64,000 nt of DNA from an uncultured Actinomycetota bacterium (lineage in GTDB: Bacteria; Actinomycetota; Actinomycetes; Propionibacteriales; Nocardioidaceae), in contig CAVWML010000013.1 of the NCBI GenBank assembly GCA_963756045.1, forward strand, positions 335 through 64,334. The letters run 5' to 3'. Below the pieces are notes generated by a model. That model was given only the letters and a program-made list of their open reading frames with translations, was not told the origin of the DNA and ran no database searches. Both the position numbers and the translations under genes were made by a program. Below, in pieces: positions 51,918 through 63,803 of this stretch. The number at the start of each line of letters is the position of its first letter. Position 1 is the stretch's first letter.

Positions 51918-53117
51918 TCAGCCCTTCAGCTTGTAGTCCTTGAGCAGCGCGCGGCCGATGATCATCTTCTGGATCTCGGCGGTGCCCTCGCCGATGAGGA
52001 GGAAGGCGGCCTCGCGGTAGAGGCGCTCGATCTCGTACTCCTTGGAGTAGCCGTAGCCGCCGTGGATGCGGAAGGACTGCTGGACGACCTCGTTGCAGTA
52101 CTCGGCGGCGAGGTACTTGGCCATCCCGGCCTCGACGTCGTTGCGCTCGCCGCGGTCCTTCATCCGCGCGGCGCGGACCATCATCGCGTGGGCGGTCTCG
52201 ACCTTGGTGGCCATCTCCGCGAGCTGGAAGAGCACCGCCTGGTGCTGGGCGATCGGCTTGCCGAAGGTCTCGCGCTGCTGGGCGTAGGCGATGGCCGAGC
52301 TCGAAGGCCCGGTTGGCCACCCCGACCGCGCGGGCGGCGACGTTGACGCGGCCGACCTCGATGCCGTCCATCATCTGGTAGAAGCCCTGGCCCGGCTTGC
52401 CGCCGAGCACCTGGTCGGCCGAGATCTGGTGGTTCTCGAAGACGGCCTCGGTGGTGTCGACGCCCTTGTAGCCCATCTTGTCGATCTTGCCGGGGATGGT
52501 CAGCCCGGGCGCGGTCTCGCCGAAGCCCGGCTCCTTCTCCACCAGGAAGGCGGTCATGTTCTTGTAGACCGAGTCGTCGCCCTCGTCGGTCTTCACCAGC
52601 AGGGCGATCAGGTTGGACGAGCCGCCGTTGGTCAGCCACATCTTCTGGCCGGTGATCGCGTAGCCCGTCATCGTTCTTCGACGGCCTTGGTCTTGATCGC
52701 GGAGACGTCGGAGCCCAGCCCCGGCTCGGACATCGAGAACGAGCCGCGCACCTCGCCGGTCGCCATCTTGGGCAGGTACTTCTGCTTCTGCTCCTCCGAC
52801 CCGTGGTTCATCAGCATGTACGCCACGATGAAGTGGGTGTTGATCACGCCCGAGACGCTCATCCAGCCACGGGCGATCTCCTCGACCGCCAGCGCGTAGG
52901 TCAGCAGCGACTCACCCAGGCCGCCGTACTCCTCGGGGATCATCAGCCCGAAGATGCCGAGCTCCTTGAGGCCCTCGACGATCTCGGTGGGGTACTCGTC
53001 GGCGTGCTCGAGCTCGGTGGCCACCGGGATGATCTTGGTCTCGACGAACTGCCGGACCGACTTGACGATCTCTTCCTGGATGTCGGTGAGGCCTTCGGTC
53101 TCGCACAGGCGCGGCAT
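51918..53117 (-). CDS. Acyl-CoA dehydrogenase (frameshifted)
   Basis: IPEEYGGLG, SMSEPG.GSD, GQKMW.TNG, R..FGKPI, IHGGYGY..EY..ERLYR, IGEGT.EIQ. Confidence 0.92.
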
Positions 53118-53188
53118 GCGGTGGTCCTTCGCTCGGTGGCTGGATCGACAAGGTTACTGGTCAGTATCAGGCGTCGCCATGACGTGAC

Positions 53189-54341
53189 TCACGTCGGCCG
53201 GTGGGGGTCCGGCGCACTGATGAACCGGCGCAGCCGGGGCCACTTCGTCACCAGCGCGAGCCGGAGGCCGGGGTTCTCGGTGCGCTCGACCTCCTCGGCC
53301 AGCTCGTGGCGCAGCTGACGTCGCTCGTGCCTCAGGTCGCGCACGTCTCCGAGCATGGTGGCCACCAGCTCGACCGCGACCTCGACCACCTCGGCGTCGC
53401 TCACCGAGTCGGGCGTACGCCGGGCCGGGAGCTGCTCGGGCACGAGCAGCGAGTCGAGGTCGCCGATGACCTCGTAGCCGCTCTCGCGGACGTGGTCGAC
53501 GGCCGCGCGCCCCCGCCGGCGGATCTCCTCGATCCTGGCCTCGTCGGGCAGGAACTTCTCGCCGCCGCGGGGCACCAGCCGCTCGTCGGCGAGGAAGCTG
53601 CGGATGTAGGTGCCGCGGTCGATGGCGGAGTTGAAGCCGTCGAGGTGGTGGTTGACCCGGCGCAGGGTCTCGGCCTCGACCACGCCCATGGAGGTGTTGG
53701 CGAAGCCCTCGCCCAGGTCGACCGAGTCGGGGTCCACTCCGACGAGGCGCGCGAACCGGTCCCACACCTCGCGACGGGGTGCCGCCGGCGACGTCGGCAG
53801 GACGTGCACGCGGTCGGGCGGGAACGACGGCGCCCATCGCTCCAGGACCAGTCGGAGGTCGAGGCTGCGCCAGTTCCAGACGTCGCTCGGGTCCTCGCTC
53901 ACCTCGAGGCTGTAGTCGGCGAGGCGGGAGCACGCCGCGGTTCTTCAGGTACTCCTGCCAGCTCGCCGTGAACAGGCCGAGCGGCTCGCGGGCCGTGACG
54001 ACCAGGTGCACCTCGGCGGGGGCCAGGGCGGCGACCATCCGGGCCGCCTGGTCCGCGGTGGCCGCCGCGAAGAACTCGTGGCTGATCATCGCGGTGCCGG
54101 CCCAGGCCTCGACGTCGGCACGCACGGTGTCCCAGGCGCCGCGCTGCCGCTCGGTCGCGCGCTCGGCGAAGGTGACGTCCTCGCGCACCATGCGGGTGCA
54201 CCAGTAGTGGAAGCGCCGCTCCGGGCCCGGCATCAGCACGCCCTGCTCGGCCAGCTCCGCCGTGTGGCCCCACAGGATCGTCTGGAGGTAGGTCGTGGCG
54301 GTCTTCGGGAGCCCGATGTGGAGGAAGACGGTCGAAGCCAT
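53189..54341 (-). CDS. Sulfotransferase-fold (P-loop) protein (frameshift)
   Basis: FLHIGLPKTATTYLQ PSB-like motif, ISHEFF, AR......SWQE..K, N.S.G..E.E.LRRVN. Confidence 0.72.
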
Positions 54342-54346
54342 GCGGA

Positions 54347-54598
54347 TCAGAGGGACTGCGTGTACTTCTCGACCGCGGCAGCGAAGCGCTCCTCGTCGCG
54401 CGCCGCCGCGGGGAGCAGCAGCTGCTCGACCAGGTCGGTGACCTCGGCCAGCCGCACGTTGAGCTGGCGACACTCCTGCACCTCGGCCTCGAGCTGCTCG
54501 AGCCGCTGCTGGAGCTTGTCGAGGCGGTCGCCAGCGACGGCGCGCGCCACCCGCTCCACAGCCCGGTCCCGGAAGCTGGGCTTCTCCCCGTTCACCAT
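54347..54598 (-). CDS. Small coiled-coil protein (DUF6752-like), copy B
   Basis: LE.EVQECRQLN.RLAE.TD.VE.LLLP.A.RDEE. Confidence 0.78.
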   Translation of the reverse strand: MVNGEKPSFRDRAVERVARAVAGDRLDKLQQRLEQLEAEVQECRQLNVRLAEVTDLVEQLLLPAAARDEERFAAAVEKYTQSL

Positions 54599-56129
54599 TC
54601 GGCCACCACTCGCGCCACTGGACGATCTCCCGACGTCGCCTCCACGGTCGAGTGCACGATAACTGCTCCCCACTCCTCCAGGAGACCGACGACATGGTCG
54701 ACGTCCTTGGGGCGGATCACGTCGCGTCGCCCCGACGGCGTGTAGGTCTCGCCGGGACGCAGCGCGTCGAAGTCGGCGTACAGGCGTCCGCCGCGGGCCA
54801 GCGACATCCGCGAGAGGCGGGCCAGGCCGTGCAGGCCGAGGTCGTCGGTGGAGTCGACGAGGTGGTGCGACATCACCGTCACCGGGCCCTCGAGCCGCGC
54901 GAGGCGGGCTCCGTGGGCGAGGACCGTGCGCGTCTCGTGCAGGTTCATCCAGTCCAGCCGGAGGTCGAGGCCCTCCTCCTCGGCGACCCGGCGCACGGCG
55001 CGCGACGCACTCCACGAGTAGTCGAGGCCGACCGTGCCGCACCCCATGCCGGGCGAACCACAGGGCGTCGCCGCCGCGCCCGCAGCCGAGGTCGACGAGG
55101 TGGTGCCCGCCGTCGAGCAGCCCGGGCTCGTGCTCGGCGACGTGGCGGGCCAGCGGGCTGGGCTCCAGCGGCGGCACCTGGTCGCGCACACGGCTGTAGC
55201 GGCGCTCCCACTCGTTGCGGTGCACCCGGATGCCGCGGAACCAGCCGTTCAGCCGACGCACCGTGGTCCGGGGCGTCTCGAAGTGGTACGCCGGGTCGGG
55301 CACCCGCCAGCCCGGGCCGTACGTCGCCTCGAGCAGCCGCTCCGGTTGCGCCGGCGCGGGCAGCGTGCGGCCGGCCAGCGTGCAGGTGCCGAGCGGGTAG
55401 ATCCACTCCTCGCGGAACGGGGTGCCGATCTCGCCCATCAGGTAGAGGGACCCGTCGAGGAAGTAGCCGCCGAACACGTCGAGGCCCCGGACCCCGCCGT
55501 CGGCCTCGACCACGTCGACCTTGAAGGCCGCGGCGCTGTAGCGGTCGACGGCGAAGCCCTGCTCGCGCAGCGTCCGCTGCAGCCGGAACGACTCGCGGAC
55601 CACGTCGAGCGGGTGGGTGTGCCGGCTGACGTAGCCGAGGTCGACGTCGCTGTCGTGGCCGATGAAGTCCTGCTCGCGGATCGCGCCAAGCAGGGTGCCG
55701 TAGGCCGGGAACGCCTCGACCCCGGCGTCGTGGAGCACGCCGAGCAGCCGTTCGGTCGAGTCGAGCAACGGCTTGGTGTGGGCCGGGTCGCGGGTGTCGA
55801 AGGTGGTGGTGATCCGGTTGGACTTGTCGATCCCGAGCGGGCGGCCGTCGGGGTCGACCACGGCGATCCGCCCGCTGCCACGGCCGAGGTGCACCTCCTC
55901 GTCGTAGACGACCGTGCCGGAGACGTGCTCGACGACCGAGAGCCGGGTGCTGCCGCTCAGGAAGCGCTTGAGCATCGGCGGCCAGGGGGCCACCCCGTCG
56001 TGCGACGTCGCGCACGGTCCAGAACGACCAGATCCGGCGACCGTCGAAGAGCACGTCGACGACGGTGTCCTCGCTCGAGCCGAGGTGCACGCCGACGTCG
56101 TCGACGCCTGAGACGGTCGTGCTGGTCAC
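54592..56129 (-). CDS. LicD-like nucleotidyltransferase fused to class I SAM methyltransferase, copy B (frameshifted)
   Basis: YGTLLGAIREQDFIGHDSDVDLG, TYGPGWRVPDPAY, LVDLGCGRGGD. Confidence 0.82.
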
Positions 56130-56821
56130 TCGCTCACGAACTCGTTGGCCCGCGTCAGGTCCTCGTCGAAGTCGACCTCGACGATGTGGAACTCCGAGAT
56201 GTCCAGCGCCTCGACGCGCAGGCCGTCCTCGGCGATGGCCAGCTCGAGGCCGCCCTCGAAGTACTCCTGGTCGTCGACCTCGCCCAGCCGCTGGATCAGC
56301 GTGGCCTTGTCGTCGGCGGAGACGTAGTTGATGCCCACCGCCTCGCCGAGGCCGCCGACGACCTTCTTCGACAGCTCCTTGATGTAGCCGTCGTCGTCGA
56401 GGGTGTACTTCACCTCCTCCTCGGCCACCGACTCGGTGTTCACGCAGACGAAGCTGCGGCCGGTCTCGATGTGCTCGCGCAGCATCGGCAGCACGCGCGG
56501 GTCGAAGACGACGTCGCCGTTCATCCACATCACCCCGCCGTCCTGCGAGAGCTGCAGCGCCTTGAGCAGGCTCTTGGAGGTGTTGGTCGAGTCGTAGACC
56601 TCGTTGTAGACGAAGGAGATGTCGGGCATCGCCTCGATCACCAGGTCGAGCTTGAAGCCGATGACGGCGGTGACGTGCACGTCGTCGTACGCCGCCCGCA
56701 GGGCGTTCACCGCCCGGCGCATGATGCTCTCGCCCGACTGCAGCCGGGTCAGCGGCTTGGGGTGCGGACGCCCCAGCCGGGTGCCGAGGCCGGCGGCGAG
56801 GATCACGACCTGAGTGGTCAC
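56126..56821 (-). CDS. LicC-like phosphocholine cytidylyltransferase / NTP transferase
   Basis: ILAAGLGTRL..PKPL, YN..Y..TN..SL, NGDVVF, E.VKY, GEAVGI, EVDF.EDL. Confidence 0.85.
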   Translation of the reverse strand: MTTQVVILAAGLGTRLGRPHPKPLTRLQSGESIMRRAVNALRAAYDDVHVTAVIGFKLDLVIEAMPDISFVYNEVYDSTNTSKSLLKALQLSQDGGVMWMNGDVVFDPRVLPMLREHIETGRSFVCVNTESVAEEEVKYTLDDDGYIKELSKKVVGGLGEAVGINYVSADDKATLIQRLGEVDDQEYFEGGLELAIAEDGLRVEALDISEFHIVEVDFDEDLTRANEFVSE

Positions 56822-56959
56822 ACGTACTCCTGGGTGGGCTCGGCAACGATTCCGGTGATGCTATCTGCGACTAGGCTCGCCCGATGTGAACGCACCCCAC
56901 GAAACCGCGAGGCTGGCTCGCTGCGCTCTCGGGGGACCACGCTTGTGCGGGGACCCCGC

Positions 56960-58209
56960 ATGAGCACCACTCCCACCCGCGTCTACGCGGCTCGACTCGC
57001 CGGGCTGCCGGTGTTCGACCCGCAGGGCGACCAGGTGGGCAAGGTGCGCGACGTCGTGGTGGTGCTGCGTCGTGACGTGCGCCAGCCGCGCGTGGTCGGC
57101 CTGGTGGTCGAGGTCTTCGGCCGCCGGCAGATCTTCGCGCCGATGACGCGGGTGACCAACATCGACGCCGGCCAGGTGATCACCACCGGCCTGCTGAACA
57201 TGCGCCGCTTCGAGAGGCGCTCCACCGAGACGCTCGTGGTCCGCCAGATGCTCGACCAGCGGGTGCGGATCCGCAGCACCGGCGTCGAGGGCACCGTCTT
57301 CGACGTGGCCATGGAGCAGGCCCGCACCCGCGACTGGGTGCTGTCGCGGGTCGCCGTGGCCGAGCCGTCCAAGGGCTTCCGCCGCAAGGTCCCAGACCCA
57401 CGTCGTCGAGTGGGACGACGTCGACGGGCTCCAGGACCGCCAGGACAACCAGGGCGCCGAGCACCTGGTCGCCTCGCTGGCCGACCTGCGCCCGGCCGAC
57501 GCCGCCAACGTCATCCACGAGCTCACGCCGCAGCGGCGCAGCGAGGTGGTGGCCGCGCTCGACGACGAGCGGCTGGCCGACGTGCTGGAGGAGCTGCCCG
57601 AGGAGGACCAGGTCGAGATCCTCGAGCACCTCGACTCCGAGCGCGCCGCCGACATCCTCGAGGAGATGTCGGCCGACGACGCCGCCGACCTGATCGCCGA
57701 CCTCCCGCCCGAGACCGCCCAGCAGCTGCTCGAGCTGATGGAGAGCGAGGACGCCGCCGAGGTCCGCCGCCTGATGGTCTACGGCGAGGAGACGGCCGGC
57801 GGCATGATGACGCCGGAGCCGGTGATCCTGCCGCCGGACGCCACCGTCGCCGAGGCGCTGGCCCACGTGCGCAACGAGGACCTCACCCCGTCGCTGGCCG
57901 CGATCGTGCACGTCTGCCGCCCCCCGCTCGAGACGCCGACCGGCCGGCTGCTCGGCGTCGCGCACATCCAGCGGCTGCTGCGCGAGCCGCCCTCGACCCT
58001 GGTGGCCGGCGTGCTCGACACCGAGCATCGACTACCTGCGCCCCGAGGCCACCCTCGAGGACGTCTCGATGTTCCTGGCCACCTACAACCTCGTCGCGGC
58101 TCCCGTGGTCGACGAGGACGGCCGCCTGCTCGGCACGGTCACCGTCGACGACCTCCTCGACCACCTGCTGCCGGAGGGGTGGCGCGACCGGAAGATCGGC
58201 TCGCGATGA
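56960..58209 (+). CDS. Magnesium transporter MgtE N-terminal/CBS protein with PRC barrel (frameshifted)
   Basis: [62 protein letters not shown]. Confidence 0.88.
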
Positions 58210-58830
58210 GCATGACGGGCGAGCACCGCGAGAAGCGGCCGGAGAAGAAGCCGGAGAGGAAGTCCGAGAAGCGCGCCGAGACGCCGCAGCGGCGAGGAGC
58301 GCGGCGCCCGGGTGAGCCGGCTGGACACCCCCCAGGAGGTGCGCCGCACCCTGGTGCGCCGGCCGACGGTGCCGCAGGACGCGTTCGGCAGCTTCGCCGA
58401 GCAGTTCGCGCGATTCATGGGCACCGCCCAGTTCCTGATCTGGATGACCCTCTTCGTGGCGTTCTGGGTGCTGTGGAACGCCCTCGCGCCGCACGACCTG
58501 CGCTTCGACAACTACCCGTTCATCTTCCTGACCCTGATGCTCAGCCTGCAGGCGTCGTACGCCGCCCCGCTGATCCTGCTCGCCCAGAACCGTCAGGAGG
58601 TGCGCGACCGGGTCATCAACGAGCAGGACCGCCAGGCCAACGCCCGGGCCCACGCCGACATGGAGTTCCTCGCCCGCGAGGTGGCCTCGCTGCGGATGGC
58701 GCTCGGCGAGGTGGCCACCCGCGACTTCCTGCGCTCGGAGCTGCGCAACCTCGTCGAGGAGCTCGAGGAGCGCGACGCCGAGGAGGCTCAGAGCCAGCAC
58801 GGAGACTCCCGAGCCCACCGAGCCGGGTGA
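58206..58830 (+). CDS. DUF1003 membrane protein (intact ORF 58312-58830; probable charged N-terminal extension from 58206)
   Basis: [36 protein letters not shown]. Confidence 0.88.
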
Positions 58831-58874
58831 CGGCTCCCCCGCCGCGCCCGAGTGACGCCACGTACTCTGGGCCC

Positions 58875-60051
58875 ATGGCTTCCCCCGACGGACTCCCCGA
58901 CCGCGCGCAGGTCGACGCCGCGCTGGCGCGGGTGAACGACCCCGAGATCAAGCGCCCGATCACCGACCTCGGGATGGTCGAGCGCGTCGACATCGACGAC
59001 ACCGGCAAGGTCACCGTCAAGGTGCTCCTCACCGTGGCGGGCTGCCCGATGAAGGAGACCATCAACCGCGACGTGACCACCGAGGTCTCCAAGGTGCCCG
59101 GGCGTGACCGGTGTCCAGGTCGAGCTCGGCGTGATGAGCGGCGAGCAGCGGGCCGAGCTCCAGGAGAAGCTCCGCGACGGCCACGCCCAGCGCGAGATCC
59201 CCTTCGCCCAGCCCGGTTCGCTGACCAAGGTCTACGCGATCGCCTCCGGCAAGGGCGGCGTCGGCAAGTCCTCGGTCACGGTCAACCTCGCCGTCGCGAT
59301 GGCCGCGGCCGGCCAGAAGGTCGGCATCGTCGACGCCGACGTCTACGGCCACTCGGTGCCGGCCATGCTCGGCGTCGCCGACACCCGGCCCACCCAGGTC
59401 GAGGACCTGATCATGCCGGTGCCGACGGCCTCGGGGGTCTCGGTGATCAGCATCGGGATGCTCAAGCCGCGGCGTGACCAGGTGGTCGCGTGGCGCGGGC
59501 CGATGCTCGACCGGGCGCTCGTGCAGATGCTCGCCGACGTCTACTGGGGCGACCTCGACGTGCTCTTCCTCGACCTGCCGCCCGGCACCGGCGACATGGC
59601 CATCTCGCTCGGCCAGCACCTCCCCAACGCCGAGGTGATCGTGGTGACCACGCCGCAGGAGGCCGCCGCCGAGGTCGCCGAGCGCGCAGGCACGATGGCC
59701 TCGATGATGCACCAGCGGGTCGTGGGCGTCGTGGAGAACATGAGCTTCCTCGCCTGCCCCCACTGCGCCGCGGAGGGCAGGAGCACCGGCTCGAGGTCTT
59801 CGGCAGCGGCGGCGGCGCCGCGGGTCGCGCAGACCCTCGGCAGCCGGTTCGGGTACGACGTACCGCTGCTCGGCGAGATCCCGCTCGACATGAGCCTGCG
59901 CGAGGGCGGCGACACCGGCAAGCCGATCGTCGAGTCCGACCCGACCTCGCCCGGCGCCCTCGTCCTGGCCTCCATCGCGAGCGGTCTCGGCACCCGCGGG
60001 CGCGGCCTCGCCGGCATGCAGCTCGGCCTGAGCCCGACGAGCAAGGGCTAG
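58875..60051 (+). CDS. mrp: Mrp/NBP35 Fe-S carrier ATPase (frameshifted)
   Basis: [52 protein letters not shown]. Confidence 0.92.
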
Positions 60052-60059
60052 GCCGACAC

Positions 60060-60390
60060 ATGTTCGGGGTCGGGATACCGGAGCTGATGGTCATCGCCCT
60101 CGTCGCCGTGGTCGTCTTCGGCCCCGACAAGCTGCCCGAGTACGCCCGCCAGGCAGGCCGCCTGGTGCGCCAGTTCCGCGACTTCGCCCGCTCCGCCCAG
60201 GACCAGCTCCGCGAGGAGCTCGGCCCGGAGTACGCCGACCTCAAGCTCACCGACCTCGACCCCCGTCAGGCGATCCGCCGGCACATCCTCGAGGCGATGG
60301 AGGAGGACGTCCGCGATCCACGACGGCGCCGCCAACCAGCCGGTGCTCGCCCAGGGCCAGCGCCCGCCGTTCGACGCCGAGGCGACCTGA
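60060..60390 (+). CDS. tatB: Sec-independent translocase TatB (frameshift near the end)
   Basis: MFGVG..EL.VI......FGPDKLP, L.EELGPE, DL.P, PPFD.EAT. Confidence 0.88.
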
Positions 60391-60519
60391 TACCACGCTG
60401 CATCGCTCGGGCACGCCTGGTACGGACCGGTGCCGCCGATGCTGGTCGCCGTCACCGCGGTCGTGCCATCATCCCCACGCCGACCTGCAGGTCTCTGACG
60501 GACGCGGACAGGGGGAACG

Positions 60520-61627
60520 ATGAAGGGCCGCTTCCGGGGAGCACTCGCCGTCGCCTTCGCCGGGCCGCTGATCAAGCGGCTGGCCTTCCACGTCAGCCGG
60601 CTGACCGGCAACCTCAACCGCGGCTTCTTCCTCCGGCTCATCGGCGGCCTGGGCTCGATCGTGCTCGCGGCGGCTCTGCTCGTCACCGATGATCCAGGGA
60701 CCGCACGACAGCCTCGGCGAGTTCTTCTCCACCCTCGGCGGCAGCTTCTACTGGGGCGTCACCACCGTGATGGGCTCCGGTGACGCGTCGTACGTCCACA
60801 CCCCAGGCGGCTACGTCATCTCGTGGCTGCTCGTGCTCTTCGGCGTCGCGATCGTCGCGTCGATCACCGGCGCGCTGGTGGGCTTCGTCATCGACTTCAT
60901 CCTCAAGGAGGGCCAGGGCATGGGAGCAGCGGGCTATCGCGACCACATCGTGGTGTGCGGCTGGAACTCGACCGCGCGCGACCTGGTCGCCGAGCTCGAG
61001 GGCGACGAGTACGAGCACAGGATCGTGGTCATCCACGACAGCGAGAAGAACCCCGCCGGCCGCGGGGTCTACTTCGTCAGCGGCGACGTGACCAACGCCG
61101 ACGACCTGCGCCGAGCCGGCATCGAGGAGGCGACGGCCGCGGTCGTGTGCCCGGCCGACGGCAGCAACGAGGCCGACATGCGCTCGATCCTCTGCGTGAT
61201 GGCCGTGGAGTCGATCGCCCCGCAGGTGCGCACGGTCGTGGAGGTGAACAACCCCCAGCACGTCGACCACTTCCGGCGGGCCAACGCCGACGAGATCATG
61301 GTGACCTCGCGGATCGCCTCCCGGTTGCTGGCGCGCTCCTCGCTCTACCCCGGCCTGGCCGAGATCGTCACCGACATCGTCTCCGGGGGCGAGGGCTCCG
61401 AGCTCTACCGCGTCGAGCTGCCGGCCGAGTTCGTGGGCCTCTCCGTCGACGAGCTGTCGGCCCGGCTGCGCGCCGACCACTCCGCGACGCTGCTGGCCAT
61501 CGGCCGCGACGGGCACGCGCACGTCAACCCGCCGACCGACTTCCGGCTCTGCGCGGGCGACGACGCCGTCGTCGTGGCCGAGTCGCTGGGCACGCTGGCG
61601 CCCCTGGAGGTCTCGACCCCGGAGTAG
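60520..61627 (+). CDS. Two-TM ion channel with RCK (TrkA-N/C) domain (frameshift near 60690)
   Basis: FYWGVTTVMGSGD pore region, inner helix, HIVVCGW, SGD.T...L.RAGI..A, C-terminal VNP. Confidence 0.82.
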
Positions 61628-61646
61628 CCGCCCGGCGCAGACCTGG

Positions 61647-61969
61647 TCAGGCGGCGCGCGAGGGCTGCGACGGGCCGGCGACCTGGCGGTGCGCCCCGGA
61701 GGGTGCCGGCGCCTCGTCGAGACCGAGGTCGCGCCAGCGCTGGACGTGCTCGACGAGCACCAGCACGCGGACGACGACCACGACGGCGAGGACGAGGGGT
61801 ACGGCGATCCGCAGCGTCGGACCCGGGTCGGTCATCGCCGAGCACCACGACCCAGGCCACGACTGCCGAGAGCCGAGCACGGCATCGACCACGGCGGTCC
61901 AGCGCGGTTCACCCTGGCTGCGCACCAGGTCGTGCAGGTGGGGCTCGTCCGCAGCTCGTCGTCCCATGT
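61647..61969 (-). CDS. Small hypothetical membrane protein
   Basis: Two hydrophobic stretches, probable frameshift; no motif recognised. Confidence 0.4.
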
Positions 61970-62020
61970 GTCCATTCTGCACGATTTAGACTGTTTGTCG
62001 AGTGTTTTCGAGCCGGCCGG

Positions 62021-63269
62021 CTACCCGGTCTTGGCCCGCAGACCCGACCGAGCACGTCGAAGGTCTTGCCGCCCCGCTGCACGGTCAGGCGCACCTTCTC
62101 GCCCGGCGTGTGGGTCCGGATCGCCACGACCACGTCGATCGAGCTGGTCACCGGCTTGCCGTCGACCTTGCGGATGATGTCGCCGACCTTGAGGTGCGGC
62201 GTCCGCGGCGGGCAGCCCGGGCGTGATCGACTCGACCTTGGCGCCGTCGAAGCTCGGGGGTGCCGCGCACGTTGGCGCCGATGATCGGGTACTCCGCCTT
62301 GCCGGTGCCGCAGGATCTGGCTGGCGGTGACCTGCACCTGCTCGATCGGGATGGCGAAGCCGACGCCGATGTTGCCGCCCTGGTCGTTGGCTGACCTGCG
62401 AGCCGAGCGAGGCGATCGCGGAGTTCACCCCGACGACCTGGCCCTGCAGGTTCACCAGCGGACCGCCGGAGTTGCCGGGGTTGATGGCCGCGTCGGTCTG
62501 CACGGCGTTGATGTAGGAGTTGTCGTTCTCGCCCTCGCCGGTGGTCACCGGCCGGTTGACCGCGCTGATGATGCCCGGAGGTGACCGTCGCGGAGAGACC
62601 CAGCGGGGAGCCGATCGCCACCACGGTCTCGCCGACGCGCATCTGCTGGGCCGAGCCGAGGGAGACCGGCTGCAGGCCCTTGGTCTTCGGGGCGTCGAGC
62701 ACGGCGATGTCGTAGACCGTGCTGCGGCCGACCACCGTCGCCTTGGAGTGGTTGCCGAACTGGTCGATGATCTCGATCGGGCCGTGGTCCTCGTCGGCCT
62801 GGGCCACCACGTGGTTGTTGGTGATGATGTGGCCCTTGTCGTCGAGCACGAAGCCGGACCCGGTGGCCCCCTGCGCCTTGCCGTCGTACTCCGCGACGAT
62901 CTGCACGGTGCTCGGCAGCACCTTCTGGGCGACGGCCGCGATGCTCTGGTTGTCGGCGGGCAGCGGCGCGGCCTCGCGCTTCTGGACGCTGATCACCTCG
63001 TGGGTGGCCGGCACCGTCGTTGTTCGTGACGAGCAGCGCGCCGACCGCGCCGCCGGCGAGGCCGAGCACCAGGGCGAGCAGCCCGACCGCCGGGATCAGC
63101 CAGGCCGGGAGCTTCGCGCGAGGGCGGCAGCACGGGCGCTGGCTCGGGTGCCGCGGTGGCGCCCGGCTCCCACGGCGCCGGGTAGGGCACCTGGGGCGGG
63201 AGATGCACCCTGCGGGTTCGGCGGCGGGTAGGCCGCCCCGTGCTCGCCGGGGTCGGTGGGGTCGCTCAC
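62021..63269 (-). CDS. htrA: HtrA/S1C serine protease with PDZ (frameshifted)
   Basis: TM anchor, [42 protein letters not shown]; follows sigE-rseA. Confidence 0.88.
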
Positions 63270-63274
63270 GCCAC

Positions 63275-63803
63275 CTATCTTGACCTACGCACCGGTTCCG
63301 GGGAGCGGCTCGTCTCAGTGCCGAACGGCAGGACGTTGCTCGCGGGCACGTAGACCCCTCCGCCGACGCTGCCTCCGGTCGAACGCGCACTGCCCCCGAC
63401 GCTGGCCGGCGCCTGCCGGGTGGGCGTCTCGCCGCGGCCGACCGGCGGGCCGGTGACGGTGAGCAGTGCCAGCGCGCAGGCGCCGACGGCACTGCCACCG
63501 ACCACCACCGCGGCCGTACGGCGACGCACCGACCGGCGCTCGATGACCTCGACCTCGGCCCCAGGCGGCGCGGGTCTCGACGTCGTACAGCGAGCCGAGC
63601 AACCGCTCCGGCGGCGCCACCGGTGCCGGTCCCGACAGGGAGCCGAGCTGGCGCTTGGTCCAGCCCTCGCGCTCGACGAGCTGACGGCAACCGGGGCAGG
63701 CCAGCACGTGCGACCAGGCCCGCTCCTCCTCGTCCTGGGAGAGCTGGCCGTCGACGAGTGCCGAGGCCTTCGTGCCGATGTGGCCGCTGAGGGACAGCAT
63801 CAC
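63275..63803 (-). CDS. rseA: Anti-sigma factor, zf-HC2 (RseA-like; frameshift)
   Basis: H....SALVDGQL....[11 protein letters not shown] (HxxxCxxC), then TM. Confidence 0.8.

Noticed and set aside
58226-58276. 12-bp tandem repeat
   Set aside because: Encodes low-complexity [16 protein letters not shown] in the probable DUF1003 N-terminal extension.
1199-63803. Mass pseudogenisation or programmed frameshifting suggested by dozens of split genes
   Set aside because: Single-base shifts hit conserved core genes (adnB, mrp, tatB, DEAD helicase) without accumulated stops or motif decay, which is typical of long-read indel error.
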